A stretch of 64,000 bases of DNA from an uncultured bacterium (GTDB lineage Bacteria; Krumholzibacteriota; Krumholzibacteriia; Krumholzibacteriales; Krumholzibacteriaceae): positions 288,001 to 352,000 of the forward strand of contig CAWFAD010000016.1 of NCBI GenBank assembly GCA_963813815.1, read 5' to 3'. Positions 39,826 to 52,441 of the stretch are shown here, one piece after another. Below the pieces are notes generated by a model. That model was given only the letters and a program-made list of their open reading frames with translations, was not told where the DNA came from and did no database searches. The stretch's first letter is position 1, and each line of letters opens with the position of its first letter. Made by a program: the position numbers and the translations under genes.

Positions 39826-42714
39826 ATGATCGGCCGGACGATTTCTCATTACAAGATAATAGAGAAGCTCGGCGAAGGCGGGATGGGCGTCGTCTATCGG
39901 GCCGAGGATCTCACGCTCGGCCGGACCGTGGCGCTTAAGTTCTTGCCGCCTGACTCAATTGCGCGAGAGGAAGACCGAGCCCGTCTCGTGCACGAGGCGC
40001 GGGCGGCCGCGGCGCTTCTCCATCCCAACATTTGCCCCGTCTACGAGGTCGCCGAGGCTGAGGGCCGCACGTTCATTTCGATGGCGCACATCGAGGGCCG
40101 GAGCCTCAAGGAACGCATCGCCGATGGGCCGATCCCGCTGGATGAGGCGCTTGCGATCGGCCGCCGGATAGGGGAAGCTCTCGCCGCCGCCCATACGAAA
40201 GGCATCATTCACCGCGACATCAAGCCCGCGAACATAATGCTGACCGGGGACGGCCGCCCGATGCTCATGGACTTCGGGCTCGCAAAGGTCTCTGGAGCGA
40301 CGAAGCTCACGCGTACGGGGACGACGATGGGTACGGTGGCGTACATGTCGCCGGAGCAGGTGCATGGGAAAGAGGCGGATCACCGGAGCGACATCTGGGC
40401 GCTGGGAGTGGTGCTGTACGAGCTCGTTTCGGGCAAGGCGCCGTTTGGGGGAGAGTACGAAGCCGCGCTTCTGTATTCGATCATGAATGAAGATCCCGGG
40501 CCGCTCTCGGTTGAGGGGCGCGATATTCCCGCTGGCCTCGATGGAATCATCGCCAAAGCGCTCGCGAAGGATCCGATGCGGAGGTACCAGAAGGCGGAGG
40601 AGCTTGTCGCCGACCTTGACACGCTGGCTCGAGACCGAGAGGCGTTGCCCGCGGGCAAGACCCTGCCAGCGCGGGGGCTAAAGCGCCGCTGGCGCCGCTG
40701 GCGTCCGTGGCAGCGTGGAGCGGCAATAGCTTCGATCGTGGCGCTCGCTGCGATCGCGGCAGCGCTGACGATCAGGCTTTGGCCTTCGGCTCCGGACGCC
40801 ATGGAATATTCGCTCGCCGTGATGGATTTTCGCGATCTCGCGACACCGAATGATCCGATCGTCTCCGCGGGGCTTACCGAGCTCGTGAACATGGGGCTCA
40901 TCCAGGCGGAGCTCGTGCGAATCGTTAGCTCTGACCTTTTACATGACCTGCGCCGCCGTCTCTTTGGCTCTCCGCGCGGCGCGATCGAAGATAGTCAGAC
41001 AATGGAGATTGCGCGCCAGGCCGGGGCGACGCTCTTTCTCGTAGCGACGATTGGGGAGTCCGGGGGGAACCGGGTTGTGAACTGGCGGTTGGTGGATGCC
41101 CGGAACGGTCAGAATGTAGCTGCGCGCCGGGCTGAGGGGCGCACGGACGTCGATCTCGCGGATCAAATCATAGCTCAGGTCATGCCGATGATAGCGCGCG
41201 CGTGCGGTGTCAAGGCGCCGAGTGCCGACCCGACGACAATGGAAAGCATTACGACCGGGAACCCGCGCGCCTATCAACATTACATGGCGGGTCTCCTCGC
41301 CTTCGAGGAAGGACGACCGGACGAGGCGATCACCGAGTTCAAACGGGCATTGACGCAGGATACGACATTTGCGCTGGCGCATCTCCAACTTGGGAAACTC
41401 TTTACCCGGTATCAGGATTGGGGAAATGCCGAGAAGCATAGAGAGAGGGCGTGGAGCCTGCGGTCCCGCTTGAGCACAAAGGACCAAATGCGACTTGAAG
41501 CGGCACGTCTTTCTTCTAGCAATGAACCGAGTAAACAGCGCGATGCGGCCGAGCTCCTTCGAGAGATGCGAAGACGCTGGCCGGACGACCGGATGGTGGT
41601 ACTCGAGCTGGGGGATTTGCTGATCGGATACTGGCATTTTGCGGAGGCTTTGGAGGTGTTTGAAGACGGACACCGTCTGTTTCCCGATGATGCCGGTTTG
41701 AGCGGCCGGTACGTCTCCGTACTCGGCGCCATGGGCCGATACCGGGAGGCGCTTCGCGTGGTTCGGGTCAACACGGAACGAAATCCCAACGATCCGTCGG
41801 CCTGGGATGCCGTGGGGAACGTGTATCTCGGCCTGGGGCAACCGGACAGCGCGGAGGCGGCGTTTCGCGAGGCGACGAAGATCGATCCCGAGTGGAGGCC
41901 CGAAAACTACGCCCGCTGCGCGTATTGGCGTGGAGATCTCAAGGGCGCTATCGGAATATTCGAGAAAATCCTCGCGCGGCAGGACATCAGCGCGAACAGG
42001 CGCGAAGAATTGATTACGCTGAGTACGCAGGGCTTGAACATGGCGGCGCTTTACATCGAGGCGGGGCAGTACGAAAAGGCGCGCGAAGCGCTGCGCGGAT
42101 ACATGGATTCGCAGTTCGGCCGGACGAATCAGCTGCTGCTGATGATGGGGAGCGCGCAAGAGGTGCTTGATCGGATCGAGCTCATGGATGAGGAAATCGA
42201 GCGAGCACGTTCGTACAGCTGGCGCAGGCACCGTGGCATGGCTCTCGCCATGCTCGGCGACGCCGAAGGAGCCAGAAGAGCGGTGAGCGAAGACTGCGAA
42301 TCTCTGTGGGATTGGATCTGCCGCACGTACGCTCCGCTGATGCAGGCGGAAGCCGCCCTCGCCGATGGCAACCCGCGGATGGCTTTTGACTCTCTGAACG
42401 TCATGAAAGAGATCTGTCCGGGATTCTTCGTCGCGCCCGGTGGGGATTTCTTGAGCATCCGAACGCAAACGATCCTCGCTCGCGCCTATCGGATGGATGG
42501 CCGTCTCGATGAAGCCGCCCGCGTGTACGAGGAGTGGCTCCGGAGGTGCGGCGGACACGCTCTCGGGCACTATGAGCTGGGGCAGATCTACGAGGACATG
42601 AAGCGCCCCGCGGATGCGAAGAAGGAATACGCGAAGTTCCTCGAGATGTGGTCTGAAGCTGATGAAGATTTGCCGCAACTCGTGGACGCGCGGAAGCGTC
42701 TGGCCGCCCTTTAG
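39826..42714 (+). CDS. Hanks-type Ser/Thr kinase + transmembrane helix + TolB-like domain + TPR repeats
   Basis: LGEGGMGVVY, HRDIKPAN, DFGLAK, YMSPEQ; AAIASIVALAAIAAALTI TM; SLAVMDF; TPRs. Confidence 0.93.
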   Translation: MIGRTISHYKIIEKLGEGGMGVVYRAEDLTLGRTVALKFLPPDSIAREEDRARLVHEARAAAALLHPNICPVYEVAEAEGRTFISMAHIEGRSLKERIADGPIPLDEALAIGRRIGEALAAAHTKGIIHRDIKPANIMLTGDGRPMLMDFGLAKVSGATKLTRTGTTMGTVAYMSPEQVHGKEADHRSDIWALGVVLYELVSGKAPFGGEYEAALLYSIMNEDPGPLSVEGRDIPAGLDGIIAKALAKDPMRRYQKAEELVADLDTLARDREALPAGKTLPARGLKRRWRRWRPWQRGAAIASIVALAAIAAALTIRLWPSAPDAMEYSLAVMDFRDLATPNDPIVSAGLTELVNMGLIQAELVRIVSSDLLHDLRRRLFGSPRGAIEDSQTMEIARQAGATLFLVATIGESGGNRVVNWRLVDARNGQNVAARRAEGRTDVDLADQIIAQVMPMIARACGVKAPSADPTTMESITTGNPRAYQHYMAGLLAFEEGRPDEAITEFKRALTQDTTFALAHLQLGKLFTRYQDWGNAEKHRERAWSLRSRLSTKDQMRLEAARLSSSNEPSKQRDAAELLREMRRRWPDDRMVVLELGDLLIGYWHFAEALEVFEDGHRLFPDDAGLSGRYVSVLGAMGRYREALRVVRVNTERNPNDPSAWDAVGNVYLGLGQPDSAEAAFREATKIDPEWRPENYARCAYWRGDLKGAIGIFEKILARQDISANRREELITLSTQGLNMAALYIEAGQYEKAREALRGYMDSQFGRTNQLLLMMGSAQEVLDRIELMDEEIERARSYSWRRHRGMALAMLGDAEGARRAVSEDCESLWDWICRTYAPLMQAEAALADGNPRMAFDSLNVMKEICPGFFVAPGGDFLSIRTQTILARAYRMDGRLDEAARVYEEWLRRCGGHALGHYELGQIYEDMKRPADAKKEYAKFLEMWSEADEDLPQLVDARKRLAAL

Positions 42715-42728
42715 ATTGCCTCCCAAAG

Positions 42729-42804
42729 CAGAGGGAGATAAGGCGGAGGGTTACGTCAGGGGAGCCAGATTATTTCTATCCGAGCTCGCGGCGTCCCCTT
42801 GGTT
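42729..42804 (+). repeat. Module junction J6: 40-nt left arm + GGAGCCAG core + right arm A
   Basis: CAGAGGGAGATAAGGCGGAGGGTTACGTCAGGGGAGCCAG then TATCCGAGC..CCCCTTGGTT as at 30445-30480 (27/36). Confidence 0.8.
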
Positions 42805-43038
42805 CGACCTACTGATAAATACTCAGTTTGGCTGAATCGGCGATGCCATCGGTGACAGCCGCCGATATCTGTGGACTTACTATCGTGTCGCGGCTATCAT
42901 GAAGTGCGATATAAGCATTTCCTCCTGATCAGAAACGCGTGCCGATGGGCGCTCCGAAGTTGCATCGAAGATTCCCGCCCAGTGAAATCCATCGCAAAGT
43001 CGAGAAGCTTGGATCCAATGATGACGCAAGGACAGTGA

Positions 43039-46000
43039 GTGGAAACAGGTATCCTCATAGGCTACTTCGCCCAACGAGCTGAGGCGCGCAGGGCCTTCAG
43101 GGAGCTCCAGCGAAGGGGTTTCCGCCGCGCCGCGCTCGTGAGCAAGACCGCGGGTGGAAATATCCATACGCAGGATCCTTTCCTGTGGCGCCGCGCTGTC
43201 GGAATCGCATCGGCTTTCATTCTGTTCGGAGCGCTCGCCGGAGCTGTTTCCATGAGCCTTCATTGGCCAGGGTCGATTCCGGGCGGACGTCCCCGTCGTC
43301 CTGATCCCGGGCCTTGTCGGCGGATTCGCCGGGATCCTCTTCGGCGCCGCGTGGATTCGACGATCGCGGTACGGCGTGGAACGAAGGCTGCTCGAGAATC
43401 ACGCGCGATGGCTCGTGTCCGAGGAGACCGTCCTGATTCTCCAGACGCCGATCGAAACGCTGCGTGTTCCCGTGGCGGTGCTGCGAGAAAGCGGCGAGAT
43501 CCCGCCCGCGATATTCGTCCTGCATCCGAAGCGGGAGAGTCTCGTCGGAGAAGTGGAGAGCCTCGCGAGTCCGCTCTCGGCGGCGCAGATTCAGGAGCAT
43601 GCCGAGCGCTTCGCACGGGACCAGCGGGTGGACCCGCGTCCGCCGGCGGAGCGTCGAACTGCTCAAGCGGCTCGAACAGACTCGGGCGTGGATCCATCTG
43701 GCATGCCTGGATCTGTCCGAAGCGAGTCGACTGGGACAGAGTACGCCTCCAACGGCCGAGTGGCTCCTCGACAACGAGTACATCATCGATAGCAACACCC
43801 GCGACGTTCAGCATGAACCTTCCCCGGCGCTATTACCAGGAGCTGCCGGCGCTCGCCAACGAGCCCTACCGGGGTCTGCCGCGCATCTACGGACTGGCGA
43901 GGGAACTCGTCTCCCATACGGATTTGCGCCTGGACCGGGAGAACATCCTCGCCTTTGTCGAGGCCTATCAATCCGTGCGGCGCGTTGACGATCGGCGAGC
44001 TCTGGGCCGTCCCTCAGATGCTGCGCATCGCGTTGATCGAGAGCATCTTGAGTATCGCCGAAAGAGCTCTGACGGAGCTGCGGGAGCGCGAGGTCGCGGA
44101 CTTCTGGGCGAACAGGCTCATCACCGCCAATCGGCGCGATCCCAACCAGCTCTTCTCGATCCTGGCCGAGCTGGCGGAAACGCAGCCCGCCCCGAGCCCT
44201 CATTTCGCCTCTCAGCTGGTCGATCACCTCTACGACGAGGAAGCCGCGCTCGTGCCGGTCCAGAGCTGGCTCGAGCGCACGTTCCGCAAATCCCTGAGCG
44301 AGCTCAACCTCCGCGAGCAGAACCGCCAGACGAAGGATCAGATATCGATCGGGAATGCGTTCACCAGCCTGCGACAGCTCGCCCTGCTGGATTGGAGGAA
44401 GATATTCGAGGAGCTGAGCCGGGTGGAGCGGCTGCTTCGGCTGGATCCGTCCGGCGTCTATCCCCGGATGGATTTCGATACGCGCGATCGGTATCGCCGC
44501 GCCGTTGAAGAGCTCGCCCGCAGGTCCGGCCAGACGGAAGAGCGAGTCGCCCAACGGGTCATCGAGCTGGCTGCGCGTCGCCGCCCGTGAAGCGGCGAAG
44601 GACGAACGGCGGATCCATGTCGGGACCTATCTGATCGGCGAGGGAAGGCGAGAGCTGGCGCAGCTCATCGGCTGCCGCGAGGCGCTCCGGTTCCGCGCCG
44701 TGCAATGGGTGTACCGCCATCATTCCGCGGTGTACTTTCTCTCGGACTCGGCTTTTTCACCGCGGCGTTCATCTCCCTGATCGTCCTGCTCGGCCTGGGC
44801 GGACAGACGTCCGGGATCCGGTTCTTGATGGTCCTCCTCCTGTTGGTTCCCGCCAGCCAGCTTTCGCTCGAGGTGGTGAACTACCTGGTCACCCGGTCGC
44901 TTCCGCCGCGCACCCTTCCGAAGATGGATTTCGAGAAGTCCGGCATCCCCGACGAATTTCGCACGCTGGTCGTCGTGCCCATGCTGCTCGTGGACGCGCA
45001 GGCGATCAGGGACGAGGTGGACAAGCTCGAAATCCGCTATCTGGCCAACAAGGAAGACAATCTGCTCTTCGGCCTCTTCTCGGATTATACGGATTCGAAG
45101 CAGGCTCACGGCGAAGAGGACGAGCCTTCTGCTCCAGGCGGCGATCGAAGGCATCGCAGCTCTCAATCGGCCGGTACGGCGGCGAGCGTTTCTTCCTCTT
45201 CCATCGGGAGCGAACGTGGAGCGAATCCGAACAGAAGTTCATCGGATGGGAGCGCAAACGCGGCAAGCTGGAAGAGCTCAATCGCCTGATCGATGGAACG
45301 CGGCCCGAAGATGCCGGGCGGTTGGTGTACGTCGGCGACCCGGATCATCTGTCGGATGTGCGGTTCGTCATCACGCTGGACAGCGACACGCAGCTGCCCC
45401 ACGACGACCGCCCGCAGGATGATCGAGACCCTGGCGCACCCGCTCAACCAGCCGCGCTTCGACGGCGAAGGCAATATCCTGGCCGGCTCCTATACGATCA
45501 TCCAGCCGCGCGTGAGCCCTTCCCTGCCGAGCACGAGCGCCACGCCGTTCAGCCGTCTCTTCGCGGACGCGGTCGGAATCGATCCCTATACGAAGGCCGT
45601 TTCCGACGTCAATCAGGATCTCTCCGGTGAAGGCTCCTACCACGGCAAGGGCATCTATGATGTGCGCGCCTTCAGTCGAGTGCTTTCCGGCAGGTTTCCC
45701 GAAGAGGGTTGCTGAGCCACGACTTGATCGAGGGCGCGCACGTTCGGGTGGGCCTGGCCAGCGATATCGAGCTCTATGATGAATTCCCGCAGGATTACCT
45801 GAGCTACACCGGCCGGCAGCATCGCTGGATTCGCGGTGATTGGCAGATCGCGGATTGGATCTTGCCGCGCGTTCCCCGGCCCGGAGAGGCACGGAGGTCC
45901 GAACCCGCTCTCCTGGTTCGACCGCTGGAAGATTTTCGACAACCTGCGCCGGAGCCTGATACCCGCGACCAGCCTGGCGTTGCTCATAGCCTCCTGGCTT

Positions 46001-49000
46001 GATCTCCTCCCGGATGGTATGGATCTCCACCCTGGTGGTCGCCGTGCAGCTGCTCTTCCAGCCCTTGGCGCAGCCCTTCACCTGGGCGACCACCCGCCAG
46101 GGGCTGAAGGGCTTCTCCTTCTCGAAAGTGGCGCACGACCTGCTGCGGACGATCGTCGAAGCCGCGCTGCTTCCGCACCAGGCCTGGCTGGCTCTGGACG
46201 CCATTCTGCGGGTCTGGTATCGGCGCCTCATTTCTCGCCGGAGGCTTGCTCGAGTGGACGTCCGCCCAGGTGACGCAGTGGAATGCTCCTGATCGGCTGC
46301 GAACGTTCGTGCTCCTGCTGGGCTTGGTGAGCCTTTTCAGCGGGATCGTGGGCTGGGCGGTGCAGCGCTGGATGCCGGCGAACCTTGTCGTGGCCGGCCC
46401 CTGGCTCGTGTTGTGGTTCCTATCCCCTCTGATCGGCTGGCTCTTGACCCTTCGGCCGCGCGGCGAGGCCGCAGCAATTCCTGCTCCTTGAAAAGGATAT
46501 GCGATTCCTGCGGAAGGTCGCGCGACGAACCTGGCGCTATTTCTCGGATTTTGTCGGCGATGAGACGTCGTGGCTTCCGCCCGACAACTACCAGGTCTCT
46601 CCACCAGAATCAACTGGCGATGCGCACCAGTCCGACCAATATCGGTCTCTGGATGGTCAGCGCGCTCGGCCGCGCATGATTTCGGATACCTGACGGTGGA
46701 TCAGGTCGTCGACAAGCTGACCCGCACCATGGAGACGATCGACAAGCTGGAGCGCTATGAGGGCCATCTGCTGAATTGGTACGATATTCAGACCTTGGCC
46801 CCTCTCGAGCCTCGCTACGTGTCCACCGTGGACAGCGGAAACCTGCTCGGCGCCCTCTGGACCCTGGAGCATGGCCTCGATGAGCTGATTCGGGGCCCCG
46901 TCCTGGATGCGAAGGCTTTTGAGGGCCTGCGGGACACCGGGGAGATCTTGAAGCAGACCGCCGAACGAGGAAGGCGTTTCCGGTCTCGGATACCGCGCCT
47001 CTTCGACGAGCTGATGCGCGCGTGGGAAGACCCGCCGGATCGCATCGTCGACGCGCTTCGCCTGTTGCGGCGGATGGAGAGGAGCGCGAGGGCTCTCGCC
47101 GGAGCGGCGCGCGGGTCCGCCGACAGTGAGGCGGGAGCGGCCTATTGGGCCGATCAGATGGAGAGACAGGTATCGTCCTGGCTGCGGTATCGCGGATCGT
47201 TATCTCGCCTGGATCGAAATCCTCGACGAAAAGACGGAAGAGGAGATCGCACCGCTGGGTCCGGAGGCTCTGCTCGCCATGCCGCGAGGATCTGCATCAT
47301 GCGCCTTCGCTTCTCGATCTCGCCAAGGGACACGTCGGCTGCATTCAGATCCTCCAGTCGATCCGGGAGGCGGCGCCCCCGGCCGACGGGCCTCTCTTCG
47401 AATGGATCGACCGCCTCATGGAAGCCTTCGCGCAGGTCGAAATGGCTGGCCGGTGAAATGCTGGCCTTGAGCGAACGGCTCATCCAGGATGGACGCGAGC
47501 TCTCCGAATCGATCAACATGCGCTTTCTCTATGACTCCGAACCGCAGGCTGTTCTCCATCGGCTACAACGTCTCCGAAGGACGCTCGGATAGCGCCTACT
47601 ACGATCTTCTGGCGAGCGAGGCGCGGCTCGGGAGTTTCATCGCCATCGCGCGGGGGGATGTCTCCGATCGAGCATTGGTTCTCCATGAGCCGGCCCTACG
47701 GCGCGATCGGCCGGCGCCGCGTGCTGCTCAGCTGGACCGGGACCATGTTCGAATACCTGATGCCGCTGCTTTTCCAGCGCTCCTACGGCAACTCGCTCCT
47801 CGACAAGGCGACGAAGGAAGCGGTGGCGATCCACATCGCCTACGGTCGCAAGCGTCATGTGCCGTGGGGGATCTCGGAGTCCGCCTTCGGAGATCTGGAC
47901 ATCAACAAGACCTATCAGTACAAGGCCTTCGGCGTGCCGGAGCTCGGACTGAAGCGCGGCCTGGAGGAGGATGTCGTCGTCGCGCCCTATGCCACCCTTC
48001 TGGCGGTGAACATTGCGCCGAGAGAGACCGTGCAGAATCTGAGACGACTGGCCAAGCTGGGGCTTCTGAACGAGTACGGCTATTACGAAGCGATGGACTT
48101 CAGCCGTCAGCCGAGTCGCGAGGGCGAGCGCGGGGTGATCGTGCGGGCGTATATGGCCCATCATCAGGGAATGGCTTTCCTCTCGCTCGCCAACCTCCTC
48201 CATGGCAATTCCATCCAGCGCCGTTTCCACGCCGACGCGCGCGTTCGCGCGGTTGAGCCGTTGCTCCACGAGCGCATCCCGGTCCTTTCTCCGCTGCACC
48301 ACATCTCCACGCGGGAGAGAGTGCCATCGGCGATGGACGTCGGCGAGGTCGTCGCCATCGGAGAGCAAATTCGACACACCCCACACCGCCACGCCCAAGA
48401 CCCAGCTGCTCGTGCAATGGTCGCTATCACCTGATGCTCACGAACGCCGGCGGAGGATACAGCCGGTGGGGCGACTATGAAATCACCCGCTGGAGGTCGG
48501 ATCGAACCCGGGATTCGTGGGGAACCTTCTGCTACATCCATGAAGCCGAATCCGGATCGACTTGTGGTCCAACACGTATCACCCGATCGGCGGAAAGGTC
48601 GAGGCGTATTCCGCCAACTTCGCGCTCGACCGTGCCGTGTTCCGGCGCATCGACAACGGCATTCAAACCGAAACCGAGGTCATCGTCTCGCCGGAAGATG
48701 ACGTCGAGATTCGGCGGATCACGCTGTTCAACCGATCCGTTCGCACGCGCCGCCTCGATCTCACGAGCTACGTCGAGCTCTCGCTGGCGCCGCACAACGC
48801 GGACCGGCAGCATCCGGCCTTCAACAAGCTGTTTATCCAGACCGAGGCGGTGCGCGAACATCAAGCGCTCCTCGCGTACCGCCGACCTCGCGGAGAAGAC
48901 GACCCGCCCATCTATGTCGCACACCGCTTCACGCTCGAACAAGCCGATGACGAAGCCTTGCGGTTCGAGACGGACCGGCGCCGGTTCATCGGGCGCGGGC

Positions 49001-52000
49001 GGACGCTCGCGAATCCCGATGGGGGTCTTTCAGGAGCCCGGCAACAGCCAGGGTTTCGTCCTCGACCCGATCCTCAGCCTGCGGCGGAGCGTGACCCTCG
49101 CTCCGGGCCAGCGCGTCCAGGTTTCCCTTGTTATCGCGGCCGGCGAAACACGCCAGCAGGTCTTGAGACTGATGGACAAGTACGGCGATCCCCACGCGAT
49201 CGATCGGGCGATGGATTTCGCCTGGGCCTCCGCCCAGCTCGAGCTGCGGCTGCTTCGCATCCAGCCCGACGAAGCCCGTCGCTTCCAGCAGATTGACCAG
49301 CCACCTGCTGTTTCCCAATCCCACTCCTGCGCCCTCCCGCCGAACGCATCGAGGAGAACCGCAAGGGTCAGGCCGGGCTTGTGGCCCTATGGAATCTCGG
49401 GCGACGTGCCGATCGCCCTGGTCACCATCGGCGAGGCGCGGGATATCGGCCTCGTCCGTCAGATGCTCCAGGCGCACACCTATTGGCGGAATGCACGGGT
49501 TGAAGGCCGACCTGGTGATCCTCAACGAGGAGGCCAGCGGCTATGAGCAGCCGCTGCGTGAACGACTCGAGCGCCTGATCCAGGCGCATTCGACGCATAC
49601 CGGGATCGATACAGCCGGCGGGATCTATCTTGCGCAGCGCGGATCACATCCCGGAGGAAGATCTGACGCTGCTCATGGCCGCGGCGAGTGTGGTGCTGGT
49701 GGCCGCGCGCGGCACCTTGCCCCAGCAGTTGGGCGTGCCGGCCGAGGCTCCCGAGCTGCCGGAACCCATGGCCAGGAAGCGCGCCCCCCGGGATGCCCTC
49801 GCCTCCGCTGCCCTTCCTGGAACTTGCCCTACTTCAACAGCCTGGGCGGGTTCACCCCGGATGGACGCGAGTACGCGATCTATCTCGGCCCCGACACCCA
49901 TACGCCTGCGCCCTGGGTGAACGTCATCGCCAACCCGACCTTCGGGACACTGGTCAGCGAAACGGGGTCGGGCTTCACCTGGTACGGCAACAGCCAGCGC
50001 AATCGCCTGACGGAGTGGTCGAACGATCCCGTGACGGATCCGCCTTCCGAGGCGCTGTACATCCGGGATGAGGAGACCGGTGTCTACTGGACGCCGACCG
50101 CGTCGCCGATCCGCGAGGAGACCGCCTACCGGGCGAGACACGGGGCGGGGTACACGGTGTTCGAGCATAACAGCCACGGGATCGAGCAGGAGCTCGACGG
50201 TCTTCGTTCCCGTGGACGAGAACGGGGGAGAGCCGGTCAAGCTGCAGCGGCTGCGGCTGCAGAAACGACTCGTCCGGGGCATCGCACGCTGTCGGTCACG
50301 TACTACGTGGAGTGGACGCTGGGCGAGAACCGCGAGTCCTCCCAGATGCACGTCGTGACCCAATGGGATGACGAAGTCCAGGCCCTGATCGCCCGGAATC
50401 GCTACCACCCGGAGTACGGAGACTCGGGTCGCCTTCGCGGCCATCAGCCCGCCCGCGGAGTCGTATAACGGCGACCGCACGTCCTTCCTGGGGCGCAATC
50501 GCTCGCTGGGCAACCCCGCGGCGATGGAACGGATCAGGCTTTCACGGCGGACGGGAGCGGGATTCGACCCGTGCGCCGCGCTGCAGGTCACGATCGAACT
50601 GGCGCCCGGCGAGACGATCCGAGATCACGTGCATGCTGGGCCAGGCCGAGTCGGTGGAGGAGGCGCATGCGCTGGTTCTGACCTACCGGGAAAGCCCGGC
50701 GCTCGAAGCCGCCCTCGAGCAGAACGAAAGCGTGGTGGGACGATCTGCTGGGAACGATCGAAGTGCATACTCCCGAGCTCGCGGCGGACTTCCTGATCAA
50801 CCGCTGGCTTCTGTACCAGAGCCTGAGCTGCCGGATCTGGGGACGTTCCGCCTTTTACCAGTCCGGGCGGCGCGTTCGGCTTCCGCGATCAATTGCAGGA
50901 CGTCATGGCCCTCGTCTATGCGCATCCCGAGCTGGCGCGCGAGCACATCCTGCTCGCGGCGAGCCGTCAGTTCAAGGAAGGCGATGTCCAGCACTGGTGG
51001 CATCCGCCGAACGGCGCGGGGATCCGCTCGCGGATCTCCGATGATCTCCTGTGGCTTCCCTACGTCGTCGCTCACTACATCAGGGTCACCGGCGATGCGG
51101 ACATCCTGCACGCGGAGGTTCCCTTCCTCAATGCTCCCCGCTGGAAGAGGGTCAGCACGAGATCTTCTCCACGCCGGAGGTCGCACTTGGAACGCGCCAC
51201 GCTGTTCGAGCACTGCCAGCGCGCGGTCGCGCGCGGCCTGACCTTCGGGCCCCATGGGTTGCCTCTTATGGGGACGGGGGACTGGAACGACGGGATGAAC
51301 CTCGTGGGCGCCGGAGGCAAGGGGGAGAGCGTTTGGCTGGCGTGGTTCCTGGCGGATGTGCTGCAGGGCATGGCCGAGATGTCCGAGCTGCTGGATCGGC
51401 CGGAGCTGAGCCGGACCTATCGGCAGGATAGGGAGTCGCTGATTCAGCGTGTCGAGCGAGACGGCATGGGACGGGGAATGGTATCTTCGGGCGATCTTCG
51501 ACGATGGCACGCCTCTCGGCTCCTCGGCCAACAGCGAGGCGACGATCGATTCCCTGCCCCAATCCTGGGCCTGGCTGAGCGGCGCCGCCGAGCACGGATC
51601 GCGCGGACGAAGGCCTTGGAATCGGCGTGGACGCATCTCGTGCGCGAGGATGAAGGCCTGGTGCTGCTCTTCGAACCTCCCTTCGACACGATCGGAGCCC
51701 TCCCCGGGCTACATCAGGGGATACCCGCCCGGGGTGCGGGAGAACGGAGGCCAGTACACTCACGCCGCCCTGTGGCTCGCCATGGCCATGGCGCGTCGAG
51801 GGGATGGCGAGCGGGCGGCGAAAATGCTGCGCATGCTCAACCCGATCGAGCGGGCGCGCGATCCCGAATCGGTCTGGCGCTATGGGATCGAGCCCTACGT
51901 GGTCGCCGCCGACGTGTACCGATTGCCCGGACGGATCGGCCAGGGAGGCTGGTCGTGGTATACCGGCTCGGCCGCCTGGATGTACCGGGCCTGGGTCGAA

Positions 52001-52295
52001 GAGGTCCTGGGTTTGAAGGTGCGAGGGGATCGCATGCAGCTGGACCCGGTCATCCCCGGATGGTGGGAGGGCTTTCAGCCTGCGCTATCGTCACGGTGAA
52101 GCGATCTATGAGATTCAGGTCGAGAATCCGGACAAGCGCGAGCGAGGCGTGTCGTGGGTGGAGATGGATGGTCGGCGCCTGCCGGATGGAGTGATCCCGC
52201 TGGAGAGGGGCCTCGTGAAGCATCGGATCCTCGTCCGCATGGGGGAGCCGGAGCGAGCAGCCGGCGATCCGTTGCGTCCGGCCGCTGTCGAATAG
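43039..52295 (+). CDS. Cyclic beta-1,2-glucan synthase (Cgs/NdvB/ChvB-like, with GH94-type C-terminal region), broken by dozens of frameshifts
   Basis: [117 protein letters not shown] in correct order across frames. Confidence 0.88.
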
Positions 52296-52441
52296 TACGG
52301 TGCACAAGCCGCACGCGGATCCCCGAGCGGCATGCGCTTTCATGCGCTCAACTGCTTCTCCGTGTCTGGCGGCAAATTCCTCCGGCGCTAAACCTCCCAG
52401 CGATTCGATGGCGCCGGCGTCGGGAGGCGATCGCCCTCACA

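Noticed and set aside
42268..42275. Extra GGAGCCAG core
   Set aside because: Inside the kinase coding sequence with no flanking arm; an 8-mer is expected by chance in GC-rich DNA.
35995..42804. Classical integron attC sites
   Set aside because: No IntI tyrosine recombinase and no RYYYAAC...GTTRRRY-bounded hairpin; the conserved core matches the tRNA 3' end instead.
43039..52295. Programmed frameshifting or phase variation in the glucan synthase
   Set aside because: Too many breaks, no common slippery motif, and the same pattern affects essential secY.
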